Positions 23,600-35,650 of a DNA stretch of 64,000 nt are shown here, piece after piece. Position 1 is the stretch's first letter. The number at the start of each line of letters is the position of its first letter. This stretch comes from Raillietiella orientalis (Eukaryota), in NCBI GenBank assembly GCA_036172245.1, contig JAYWIR010000031.1, forward strand, positions 1,922,001 through 1,986,000, written 5' to 3'. Made by a program: the position numbers and the translations under genes. A model generated the notes under the pieces. It did no database searches and was not told the DNA's origin. It worked only from the letters and a program-made list of their open reading frames with translations.

Positions 23600-25250
23600 C
23601 GGCTCCAAACCAGGCCCGCCTGTTGCCCCTAGCCCTGAACTTTCGGCATGCGATGAGGACGCACTTCGCTTAACATGACCGCCCACTCCTTTCCGAGTGT
23701 TGGCCAGGCCAACCCTCTTCTGCCTTTTCGTATCGCGAGGACTCTCTCCTTCTTAAGTCTCATCTGCCAAAGATGCCTCGCTGGTGGCCTCGTGGGGCAA
23801 TCCCTTTCTGCCTTTCCCTTGGTCTCCTTGCAGTTTTCCCGGGAGCGTTCAGATTCATCGACCCGTGTAGCCTTGTTCCACGAGCTCCTTCACAGCGTCT
23901 CCCCAAAATCCAGATCCCGGACATAAAGGTCCGTTCCTCGATGTTCAAATACCGCTGAAGTAAAAGCACTTCCATCTTTGCGTTCCGCTCCCTTGCCTTC
24001 GTAACTTCGATACGTAGGTACCAAGGCCCTCAGGAGCCATCATCCCTGACAAAACTAGGCAGAATGTGGTGATCGCTGCCCCGCACCTGCTACCTTCAGC
24101 GAAGCGCTGCGCTACATGGATTTAAGAGAAGGATGGGTTCTGCGCTTAGCAGGATCCACAGACACCTACTAACAAAGGGACACACCACGTGCGAAGAAAT
24201 GGCTGCTTGGACCGTATTCTTCAGGAAAAAAAAGAAGAGGTCATCGTCTTCGAAGGTTCCTCTGCATAGCGCACTCAGAGGAGCTATCAGAAGTTTCGTC
24301 TGTGATATCTCATTGTTACCTGGGAAACAGTTGTCGGGAAGTATCCAACGAGAGCAAACTGGTGTCCTTTGCAACCAAATCTGCGTGTGCAGTCCCAGAT
24401 ATAGGGTGGGATGCAGAATGTGCTCCCCGCCCCTGTGATGTATCTGCCGCACAAGTTCTGCACACCCATCCGTCTCTTCTTCTCGATTCGTGACGTTTCC
24501 CGAGATTTTTCGACCATAAGCAGTAACGGGCAACCCTTTCCACTGTTGTTAGCATCATTTCGGCTGTTGTCGCTGGATCATTTCTGTGAGGCATCTCGGA
24601 ATCCATGTTTGACCACGTCTCCATAGTTGCGGTTGCACCTCGGATCAAGCGGCTCTCCTGATTCGTGGCATGCACCTGCTTCAAAAGAGGATGGGACTAT
24701 CAAGGAAAATGACTGCTCAGGAAAGCTGGGGGATGGACCAACTGCTGTCGCTGGAGTATTCCAAGTTCCAGCATCGAGATGGGTGGACAGTGGTCCGCTA
24801 CTGCGTGTGAATTTCGCTTCCTTTCCTGCTCAGCAAACGCCGGCAGCACGGAATGCACGGGGGCATCAGAACCTTCCTCCATTTCGGGTGATGGCAACCG
24901 GGTTCAACCCGCATTGCGTTTCTCCTTCTTTGAGAATGCTCTCAGGTCATTTCTCTTAACTAGAATTGAGTAAACGTTGCTTCTTAAGCAGCGACCATAG
25001 CTAGGAAAGACTCCTATTTGTTACAGATGAAATGCTCTCTTCGCCGAAGGGCATTACATCTTTAAGCTGCCAGATGGGTTCTCATATTTTCCGAAATACG
25101 TTCGTTAGCTGGGCAGGCCGCACTTTATGGATGCTCTGCACATAAGAAGGCGATTGCATCTCCATCAACCATTAAAAAAAGATTCAAATAATGCATCCCT
25201 CCTCTTTGCGTGCGTGTGTATTTGGTGTTGCTGGTGCTGTGTCTTGCGGA
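23600..25250 (-). mobile_element. Decayed Ty3/Gypsy RNase H-integrase region
   Basis: In order: IHTHA (like LHTDAS), frameshifted SVT..E.LAMV (like YSVTEKExLAxV), TVERVARY.LW...VCRTC (HHCC zinc finger), LVGYFPTT/GN, DGSAFTSAVFE (like DxGxxFTSxxF), LVEQ. Confidence 0.65.
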
Positions 25251-28200
25251 TCCACTGCCACGAACTGTCGCTAAATGCTATTAATAAGAACGAAAAAAAG
25301 AAAAAAAAGATTTCCCCGAAGATTCCATGCCAGAGCACCTGACCCAGAGCCATCTTTCCTGGCAACGACGGAGTGATCTGGCACAAGAATTAGAGGATTC
25401 TCGGCATCAGGGGAATAGAACTCTTCGCTCTCCGGTGCCGCTTATGAGGGGTTCTCTTCTCCGACTCCTTCATATACGCGCTTGAGGAGGGGAAGGGGAG
25501 GAAGAGAAGCAGGAAGTCGGTGCGCGTGCGAGCATCGGCTCGGGAGGTCGCTGCTGCAGATGCTGCTCCCGGAGCGCTCTCGCGTTCACCCGAAATGGGA
25601 GAAGCGCGCATCTATCTGCAGAGGAGGCCAACAGACCGTGAGCATCTGCATCTGAACCAGAGGAGGGTGGACACGGGGTAGTGGAGGCTCAAAAGAACAG
25701 CGACGATCGAAGAGGGCGGCGCTCCGCTCCTGCTTTCAGGCCTTGCGAGCTCCGGAGCGGGGGTCTCCCGGGCGCAGAATCCGCGGCAGACATACAGGGG
25801 GCACGTCGCCCGCACTATCAGGGCGAGGGGGGGGGACGATGGTGGCGGTGACGGCGGTGGCCATGGCGGCGACAGCAGAGACTGCAGTGGAGCTTAAGAA
25901 CATGCGGGCGGGGGAAGGCGGACGAGAGGCGCACTCCTGCTCGTCCGCCTCTCACCGGCGGAACCGGGGCTGCGCGGAAACCTCCTCCTCTTCTTGCAGC
26001 AACTGCCTCGTCTCCTGGAGAACTCCTAGAGCCGCAATGGGCGTGCTGCGGGCCGACGGACGCGAGGAGGAGGAGGCGAGCATGGCCGAGCGCCCACTTT
26101 CCTCGTTCCCCTGGAACCTTAAGGAGCACCCACCGGTCCTCGAGAGCTGCAGAGGAGAAGGAGGAAGGGCTGAGTGTCCAGGTGGACCGAACGAAAGGTG
26201 ACATGGACCAGCTCCGAGCTTCCTCTTCCCTGATGCGAACGGAACCCCGGCATCATGGAAGACTTCATTTTTCACCGGGAGAGGGCAGAGTGGAAGGTCC
26301 TGAGCAGAGCGCGTCTGACAGCTTCTTCTTCTCTCCCCCCCCCCCTCACTCCCCGTCTCAGGGAGGAATCCTGGAAGATCTGCTCTTCATTTCGCTTTTA
26401 TGTTCCCCAGAAGAGAGATGAGTCCCGGACGAGACGGGGCATCTTATTGAATTTGAATGACGTATCTCAGCAGCAGCATCTTCTTGGCTGAAATCACGGA
26501 ACCCATTCCGGCTGATTGCAGCCCGACAGTGTGCTCCGCGGCGGTCGAGGGGGGAGGGGAGAGGAGAGGGGGGCACGCCGTCATCTCCCTCTTGCGAGAC
26601 GGGGCTCTCCCTTGCGGGGAACCGAACCGGTCGCGATAGGCGGGCGGGAGAAGACGCACACGCGTCCCTCTACAGCCCTTCTGGAAGAAGAGGGGGGAGG
26701 TGAGGGAAAGCTTCCGGGAGCTCGGGCAGCGAGAAGGCAGGGTAGGAGTCGGCGAGGGTCGGGGATCCAGTGGACGGCAGGGCTGCCCTTGCCCTCTCGA
26801 GGGTGAGCGGGAGTCATCGACGCGTCCCACCAGCCCCTGCCGGGGTAGGTTCTGGCCCCCCTTCGACGTGGCAGGGAAGGGGGAAGGGGCAGGAGGCTGG
26901 GGAGGAGCTCCTGGCTTGCTTGCGGCTGCTGCTCTTCCGATCCGAAAGTTCGGCTGCCGCGCCGCGGCGGCACCTGCGGTTCCGGTGCTCCGAGTGGCGC
27001 AGCCTCCGTTGCCGGCTCCGAGACCCGGAAGCCTTGGACCTTTCCGACCCTTCGACCTTCGGGGATCGCTGGAAGAGAGCGAGAGAGAGAGAGAGAGAGG
27101 GCGTCTCCGAGCTGGCCACCTACTCCGACATCGGCGGGGATGCGCCCGCGAGTTCGAGGGAGAGAATGCTGGGCGCGGGATGCGTGCACCACCCTCGCCG
27201 CCTTCCCACGCCAGAGAAGGAGGGAGAAGCAGGGGTGCCACACCCCGAGAATTCATCGTAAGTCTCGGGGTGAATTCATCGTAGTTCCTGATGGCTGGTC
27301 CAGACTGAAGGCTGGCTCGAGGACACAGGAGACTCTCCCCCCCCCCCCTTATTCAGGGTCTTCCTTGCCCTCCGGGAAGAGACACGATGATCGATCAGAT
27401 TCCAGAAGTAGATGAACCCTGCGTACCAAGCCACTCTGCCTTGACCTGACTTCCAGCCGATTCTCCGAGGGCACTGAAGCCGGCCCAAGAGGGGCGTCCC
27501 TGGAGCACAGGAGGGTTTTTTTTTTTTCAGAGATCGGGCGGAAGGGACTGGACGTGGACCTGGACCGGGAGGCGAGATGGCTTCTCTCCGGAGGAGCATC
27601 GGATGTGACTCGAGGAAGGTAGTCCGAAGCGCCACCGCTGCTGCGGCTGCTGAGCCGGGGGAGACAGGTGAAGACAAGACCCGCGCCCCGATCGCAGCTC
27701 CGGCACAGCTTCCTGTAGCGGACGCAAAGACGGAATCCTCAGCCTCTCCGACCTCCTCCGGCCGGGAATTCCCCTAAGGAAGCGACCAGGAGGACTCCCG
27801 TCGTGTCTCTCACCACAGGGGAGTTTCGGAGGGTGGGGAGAGGGAAGGAGAGCTGCCGTAGGGACGATTCCATGGAAACTCAGGCCGGCCGCACGTCCAG
27901 GGTCGAGCAACGCTGGAAGGCGGGGCGAGACAGAGAGGGAAGAGAAGAGAGAGAGGCTGTGGAGGCTGGATTCGTCGCTCCGGGCGCTCATCTGGGCGGA
28001 GGCTGCCTTCTCGGCTCCGGTCCTGTGAATCTCAGCGTCCCCTCCCTCGGCGCCGCGAGGCTGCCGGTGCTTCGTCTCGGGCATTGCCGGCGGCTCTGCG
28101 CGCCGGGTCCTTCGATCTCGGAGGGAGATGAGCGGCAGTTCCGTTCTGGAGCCGCTGCAATCCACGGGAAGGAGGCGGGGCGGGGCTCTCGCCATCCTCG

Positions 28201-28799
28201 TCTGGTCCAGGATCTTCGATCCGTAGCAGCCCCGCCGCTCCGCCGCCGCTTATCCTCCTCTGGGCTCGCGGGACCGAGGCGGAGAGACGCCTCCTGACAT
28301 TTGCGGAAGTGCGCCGTGAGAGACGGCTCCCCTCCACGTTCCCCCTTTCACCGCCCCCGCTGCCCTTCTCGTGCCCGAGGGGGCCACCAGGAGGGGCTCA
28401 TGCTCGGAGGAGTCCTCTGGCAGGAAGGCGGGGGCGGCGGTATGCCAGGTGCTGCGGGCCGGCAGGCGAGGAGGGGTGCGTTCCACCCTCTCCTCACTTT
28501 CGCCGCAAGCTTCAGGGCAGGAGGAAGCGCCCCACTTCCGAATTATCATGGCAGCGGCGAGTGCCGCCCCCAGCAAGCGGCGGAGGCTGTTGTTCGCTCC
28601 TCTCTCCGTGGGCGGGTCTCAGCTCCGCCGCCACTAATACTACCATCGAGCCACGGTGTCCCTGTCGCGGGGCAGTGGTGGGCGCTTCCTTTCGGAAGAG
28701 GAAAAGAGGAAGGGCATGGAGGTAGGATGATGCACCGTCCTCCTCTTCCTCCTCCTTTCCTCCTCCTCCAGGGTCTCCTCACTTCTTTCAGGATTACCC

Positions 28800-31700
28800 C
28801 TTCTGTAGCACGCACGAAGCGGCGATGTCTTTCAGCGTTTCCCTCTCCAGTCGGACCGTCCGCAACCCTAGAAGCTGGAGCATCATTCGGACACGTCTCT
28901 TTGGAACTCTCGGGTGATGTAGATGTTGGTCTCACCAGAAGAAGACTCCGCCGACCATCCGCTTCCCGAATCATCCCCTAGAGAGAGGCCATCTTTAGCA
29001 GATACGTGGATGCTTTCGATGATGTCTCTTTCCTTCTTTAGGAAGGAACCAGCCACACGTCCGCATCCAGGTGTCCGGCGCGGTCGGCAACCTCATCTCT
29101 TTCGATGGGGGGGCCTTGGAAGCCCTTCGAACCAACAGCTTCTCATTAGGTGCATGGCGGACCTGCGTCTTCTTCTGCACGTCTTGGATGAATGCTTCTG
29201 CCATCGCTCCTGGAGCGGCTGCAGCAGCTTACCAGCTGAGGGAGGGTTCCTGACCTCTGCATCTTCGCCTTGGGGGACTACCTCCTCCCTCCTTGCCGAG
29301 TCATTTCTGCCGTTTCCGGGATCGAGATGAACTCCGTATCCGAAGGGCGCCATCGGCACAGCCGATGGACAGCTTTTCCGTCAGGGTGCGAGCCACCGGA
29401 AAGGCAGTGGCGGGAGGCACCCTGACCACCGACATCTGCCATTCCCTCGTCCCCTGCCGCAGCGTAATCCCGAGAAGCAGGTATCCATGCAAGAGCCTCT
29501 TCGGTACGTGCAATTTTTCAAGCTGCTCATCTTATCTAAATATTCAGAATATTAATGGATACATAGTGTTCTATAATATGCTCAGGTAAGGTTGGAATCT
29601 GAAAAGCCTTAGAACCTGCTAGTATCATATGGAATGGTACAATGCAACGGTGTTTATATTTCCGTACAGAACGAGCGATTTCAAACCGGCCCATCTCGAG
29701 TCCGGTCATGGGGCGAGGCTCAGAGGCACTGCCAGCGGGCAGATTATAAGTAGCCCACTCTGTGCAAGGCATGCCTACTCTACTCTGCCTACTCTCTTTG
29801 CTTTGTTGGAGACAGTGGTGTGAGAAGCCCACTTGGCAGAGGGTCACCTCGGCAGAAGCGCCTGAAGGGCGCGTCCAGCTCGATGTGCTCCCGAAAGAGC
29901 GATCCCTTTGGAGCGCTCTACCACGCAAGCCGCACTCTCTCGCCCCTCTCGGTTTCCCCGCTCTCATAAGCGGCATTCATCCCCATCAGATGAGCAGGTG
30001 GACAGTAATCTCCGTTCCGGTTTACCTGTCTTTTCCGCCATCTCCACTCCCACCCCCCCGTGAATGTGTGTGTGTGGCGCGCGTGCGTCACGTCCCGTGC
30101 GGCTCGTGGATTCTTCAAGATGGGCGCTACGTGGATCACTGGCTCTGACGCGACGCTGCCGTCTCTGATTTTCGCCGTCCGTTAACAGGGGAGAGGCAGA
30201 CTCCAGAAATTCGAGGGGCTTTGGCACGTTGCCTGAGGGTGGAAATCGTGGGACAAAAGGATGAGGACCTCCGGACGGTGGTGAAGATCAAGGTGAGGAT
30301 AGCAGCAGCTTCCATGAATCCAAATGGGGAAGCGAGCGGGCGACGACGGCCTCTGTAGTCGTGGTCACGCATTCCTCCGAACAAGGGCGGGGGAGGGACA
30401 GCCCCGATAGGCAGTCGAAATCAGGGACGTAAGGGGAACGGGTTCGGGATCGATTCGGGGTTGCTTCGCGGAGGGGTTCGTCTCAGGGTTGCAGGGGGGG
30501 GGCAGTCCACTCCGGAAAGGAAAGGGATTCCATGTTTCCCTCTTTCCAGGATTGGGGGCAGAGAAGATCTCTCACTCCCGCAACGTTCCTCCGCTCGTGA
30601 GTGGGCAGCCCGCTAGGGAAAGCCCCGTCAGCCCTTCAGGAGCCTGCCGGCCCGCCTTCCTAGAATGGGATCCGAGAGGGAAGGTTGGCAAGGAAGTAGC
30701 AGGAAGGGAAAGGTCGCCGCGTCCAACCGCCACTCCGGAGACGGAGCGGATCCCAGAGGAGCTAGACGGGTCTAGAGTTACTCTTTCCTCGCTTTCTCTC
30801 CTCTGATTTTTTTTCCTTTTTAGGCACATTCGGGATTTTCGGTAGGGGGCGAAGCGTCAGTTTGTTCACGATCCCGCCGGACGAGGGCAAAATGCCCTCC
30901 GTCTTGGGGCATTCTCTCGAGGAGGCGAGAATCTTCAGGTTCACCGCTGCCCCAGGAGAAAGGCAGAGTTGTGGCGAGGGAAGAGAGGAGGAGCTGGAGC
31001 TGGCGTGTGGGACGCCGTCGGCCGTTTCGAGCTTCCAGCTCCCTCAGGGACCAACACCACTCAGGGGACGTTGGCCTTCCGAGAAGCATTCGTGATCCGG
31101 TCTCTCGACATGCGCTGAGGATTGAAGATCCACTACATCTCCCCGTGGACGAGCATACTCGGGGCAGAAACGTGGAGCGAGTTGCCGTCGGAAACATGGC
31201 ATCCCGAGATGCGCCAACATCGTTCCAAGGACAACCCACACCGGAAATACAGCTTGAGCCACTTAAAACCGGTCCCACTCAGACACTTTAGTACTTGAGT
31301 GGGGCCGGTTTTAAGTGGCTACCACACAGAGATGGGTTGTTGAAAGCCAAAATGTATTTATTTATTTTTGAAAATGGACTCTTCCGTAGAGATTTTGGAA
31401 TCGTCGGCACTTCCTTCGCAAAGAGATGTCGTGGAGGTGGCTCGAGAAAGCGGCTATGGCTTAGAAAGCCGCAGTTCATTATCACCCGGTAGGCACGACC
31501 TGCCTCCAAGGAGCACTCCGATCTCCACTCACCTCGTTCACCATTGCTGCTCTTGTCGTCGGCAGTGTTAGCACCGCTCTCGACGGGCACTCCGCAACTG
31601 TCAAAGAAAGAAAGGAGAATAAAATAAAGGAACCCATCGGCCGCAAACGTGGTGGTTCTCTACTCGCACCTCCGCCGCAATCGAGTTCTCCCTCAACAGA

Positions 31701-32400
31701 AAGGTTGCGAGATAACTTCTCCTTTCCTCCTCCTCCGCAACAGGAAGGGCTTCCCTCACCTCGGAATCGGGTCACATCACTCGCACGCACTTTGCTCGCG
31801 GACCGCGGTCGTGAGCTCCACTTTCGACCAGGAGCTCCGAGTCAAGTCGTCGACGGGACCCACGTCTCCTTCGTCAGCCAGGGCACACCCAGAGGAGGCG
31901 TTCCCTTAGCAACGAACAAATTGTGGTAGACTTGCGGGAGGGAGGATCCGCACTGCATCTGGACTTGCTTTCTAGAGCACTCCCTGTGCAAGAAAAGAGT
32001 TGCTGTTGCTGCTGTTGACGTGGTTTATAAGCTGGAGGGGGAAAGGCGTACCTCGTCTTCAGGACTCGGACTGCTTGGCCAATCGGGCCTTCGACGAAGA
32101 GATGATGACTTCACGTTCATTTTTCCCTTGCAAGTGCTGCCGGGAAGGTTGCTCTTCCCAAAGTTCCATCTCACTTCGAAATCCAGGTTTACGTGGATCA
32201 CTCTTGCAAGCAGCTGCTGATACAAATGTTTTCATCCCTTTGGTGAAGATTGACCTTTCTCCGTTTAACGTGCAGGCACTTATCGAAGATGACCGATGGT
32301 TTCCATTCCATCGGTTATTGGATCAGTCGGTTATTGGGCATCTTCTCGATGGATCTGCTTTCGTTCGCTCAACTCATGCGTGTCACCAATGAGGATTGGG
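28800..32400 (-). mobile_element. Decayed non-LTR retrotransposon (RT with possible CCHC/RLE tail), interrupted by insertions at ~30.0-31.9 kb
   Basis: Minus-strand motifs in canonical order: IEKMPNN..DG (~32350), IFDKCL, RPI (~32085), SKAF (~29605), LRQG (~29455), CADG (two transitions from YADD, ~29355), KET...ERH (~28890-28820). Confidence 0.6.
31257..31320. repeat. 25-bp inverted repeat (24/25, one G.T) with a 14-nt loop
   Basis: AGCCACTTAAAACCGGTCCCACTCA-N14-TGAGTGGGGCCGGTTTTAAGTGGCT, preceded by TA-CAGCTTG. Confidence 0.95.
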
Positions 32401-33527
32401 GGAGAGACGCGAAGAAGACCTGAGTTTCCGCATACCCCTTTCACACTTTTTTCTTCCTGTCCTCCCTGCCTACCTTCGGGTTGCAGGATTATTTTCTTCT
32501 TCCGCGTCTTGACAAAGACAAATGCACCGCCAATCTCTGATATGAACGAGGACGCCGAGGGATGAATCATTTTATTAATCTTCGTCTTGCGTTTCTCAGA
32601 GCCTGAAGAAGAAGAAGCAGAAGAAGAAGAAACGAAACAAAACAAAACTTCGAGATTGATAAAAGATCTTTGCACAAAAGATTGCTGTTGATTAATCTGC
32701 TTGATTTGGGCGACTGGTGTATTTTTCCTGGATACCGAAGAACAAATTTATTTTGATGCTATTTAGTGGAAGTTACTGCGACCATGGAACAACAACTTTT
32801 TCAGTTTGGTTGCTTTTGTCATCATAAATCACCGCGGAATAATGCGGTTGATTTCCTGAGACTCTTCGGCACACAATGGGAACCGAGCGTCTCCAGGATG
32901 CCGACTTTAAGCTGGAAGATTGATTTTGTCCTTTCGTTAAGAAGTCAGTAAGTGCTATTAGTTTTTACTTTCCCGGGGAGGTAGTGCACGGGGGAAGGGG
33001 TCTTTTTTTTCGCGCGGCTTCCAACGTCCTTGCGCTTCAAGCAACAAAACGGGGAGGGGGGGAGAAGGTGTTTTTGCGAGATAGACGAACACACGTGCAC
33101 ACAAAAGGCTGAGGAACTTCCTGAGTGTGGACCGTGGTCGCCTGGGCCCTCCTTCCGCGCTTTCGGTATGGAAACATCAAGTCGAGAAAGATCTCTTCCC
33201 GTTCACCCACCCATTGCTGGTACCGCGTCAGCACCGAGAGATCCCTCAAGGTTCTGACCGTCTCAGCCGGAAACACGGAGAGAGTCCCGGGAATTTCTAG
33301 ATTCTCGGAATGACAGGAAATCAAGACGCAAAGAGGTGACCCGCCATCGGCAAACATTGGGGGACCATCTGTACGACCTGTAGGGAGCTATTTGCCTTTC
33401 AAAGCACGGTTTCGTGCGCGTGCGCTACCGAGGTGTCCCTGAGATCACTGAGATCCCGATTACACTGGAACTAAGAGCTGATGCTGCAAGGCAGAAGTGC
33501 CAGAATGTGTTGTCTCTGTTTGGCGCT

Positions 33528-34035
33528 GTCGCAATTTGGCCGAAAAAAAGCAAAAGGAGAAAACACCCAACATGGAGACTCCCTGCTTCCTGGTCAAGGC
33601 TGGATCATCCGCCAGCTCTTTCCTCCCTCCTTTCCTCTTCCTAATCCTCCCTTCCTCGTCCTCTTCTTCCTCGTTCTCATCCTCTTCCTCCTTCCCATCC
33701 TTCTTCCTTCTCTTGCTTCCTTCCTTTCTTCTCTCCGCATCTCCCCGTCCCCGATGGGGAACGCACAGGCCACCGCCGCCTCCCGTTGACTCCTCTGCTG
33801 CGGGCGTTCCTCCCCCTCCCGCTGTCTCCTGCCCTTGCTCCCTCCGGGGCCCGGACCTCCGAATGGAACGTGGAGCCGAGGAGGGTCGCGTCCTTCTCAC
33901 AAACAGGGAGGAAGGGGGAGGGCAAGGGGGGAGAACCTCGGGGAAAGTCGCAACTTGTTCTGAAAAAAGGGAAAAAAAACATCCGACACGGAAACGCCAT
34001 GTCTCCTGGTCAAGGGAAGGTCTTCCGCCAGCTCT
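33528..34035. repeat. ~90-bp imperfect direct repeats (33528-33619, 33947-34035) flanking a CT-rich insert
   Basis: GTCGCAA.TTG..GAAAAAA..AAAACA.CC.ACA.GGA.AC..CCTGGTCAAGG..CCGCCAGCTCT is present twice. Confidence 0.8.
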
Positions 34036-34735
34036 CCTTGCATATCCTTTCTAGGAGCATCTCTGAGGAGAACACAAAGCAACCGGCCTCACCAGCCTCT
34101 CTCTCTCCCACAGACGTGGGCTTTCTTCCTGCTGAAAGGAACGATAGATGAAAGTTCAAGAGCTCGGGTTTTCCCTTAAGGATTGGTCGGGGCGACGGAA
34201 GTGAATCCCGCCCCTTCCCATTACCTTTTAATCCAGACAGAAATCCCACTTCTGATGATTGAAACAACAGCATGGGTTTTCGATTCCTTTGATCTTGGGG
34301 GATTTTCCATTTCCTTGGGCTCCGGGAAAAAGCTTTTCCCGCTGAGACAAGGAAGAATTTCACAAGCGAAAGAAAGGTCCAGAGGAGGAGGGGGGAAAAT
34401 GAAAGTTTGATGAGAGTCTATACGCGATGATGGCAGCTACCCCTACTCCGTCCTAAACCCCCATGACCGAATCTGTCCTCGCCGTTTCTAGCTAATTGGG
34501 ATGTTGCAGCTCCGCTTGCTACACAGCATCTGCGCACCACACGGGCTGCAGATGTGTGCACGTTGGCGACGAGGTGTGCAGTGTATCTGCGACCGTGAAC
34601 CTGGACGCAACATCGGGTGACGAAGAGCACGTCCCGATGCTGCACAGTACGGAAATCCAGCAAAAGTACCACCGTGTAGATGAGATATCTAAGGGTACTT
34701 ATGCGCAGAAATGTGCACACGATTTTAGGTTACGC

Positions 34736-34761
34736 AGAGAGAGAGAGAGAGAGAGAGAGAG
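34736..34761. repeat. (GA)n microsatellite
   Basis: Direct reading. Confidence 0.95.
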
Positions 34762-35279
34762 GTAAATCACCCTAGCGACGGCTCTCACCTCTGAGACCAT
34801 ACAGCACCCGCAGACGCAGACGCAGACGTAACCCGTATTTACGTCAGGACTGTGAAGTACCCGACTGCGTTCGAGACAACACCGAATTTTCTCCTAGAGT
34901 GTGTGGAAAGAACTCCCCGTCATGCCTGTTGGTTCCGGGTCCCCCGTCTAGAGTCTGGCGTCTGCAGATCTGATTTTTAGACTAGCATGTGCTGCAAAAA
35001 GAACATGCACGGAAAGGAGGAACATGCACGATGCTGTCGCAGAGGTCCCGACCTCATCCTGTTAAAAGCTATAACTGACAAGGATGCTCGAGGTGTAATG
35101 TCATTCACATTTATTGCTTGCAGTGATGCTCGAATAGGGGATGTAAACAAATGCAAGGGAGGAAAGGATTCTGTCATCTTCTCAGTCAGACTGTTTCCTC
35201 CAGCTCGTCAGCCATGGCGGGGCTGGAGTTCTCGCGGATGCTTACATTGAGGGCAACTCACCTGGAGATTCCAATATAC

Positions 35280-35650
35280 ATCCCGGGTGTACCGAATGTT
35301 CCAGAACACCATTTCGTTCCTAGTGTGCTTCCCCATTCCTCTCCAGAATCTTCAGCTTCCTTGCCGCTTCGTCGTTTGTTGAATCCTGAGATCCCAGAAG
35401 CCCTTACCGCGAACGCTCTTGCTGTTGCGGGTGCTTCTTGGATGGCTAAACGAAGGTCCACCCCTCGATGCTGACTCTGCCTCCTGCTGCCGAATTTCCA
35501 AAGGGGAAAGAGACGCCCAGGATGAGTCCCCCTTCTGGTCTGGAGCATTAGGTCTGGCTTGAGCCTCTGAGAGTGTTCTCTGGATCGGACTGCACCGGGT
35601 CTCGGCATCTCAGGGTGGTTCTCTCGAATTGGGCTGTCCACATCTTCCAA
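35280..35650 (-). mobile_element. Possible restriction-like endonuclease (PD..D) remnant of an R2/NeSL-type element
   Basis: RLKPDLML (like xxKPDLV) in ORF 35258-35650. Little else is recognisable. Confidence 0.3.
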
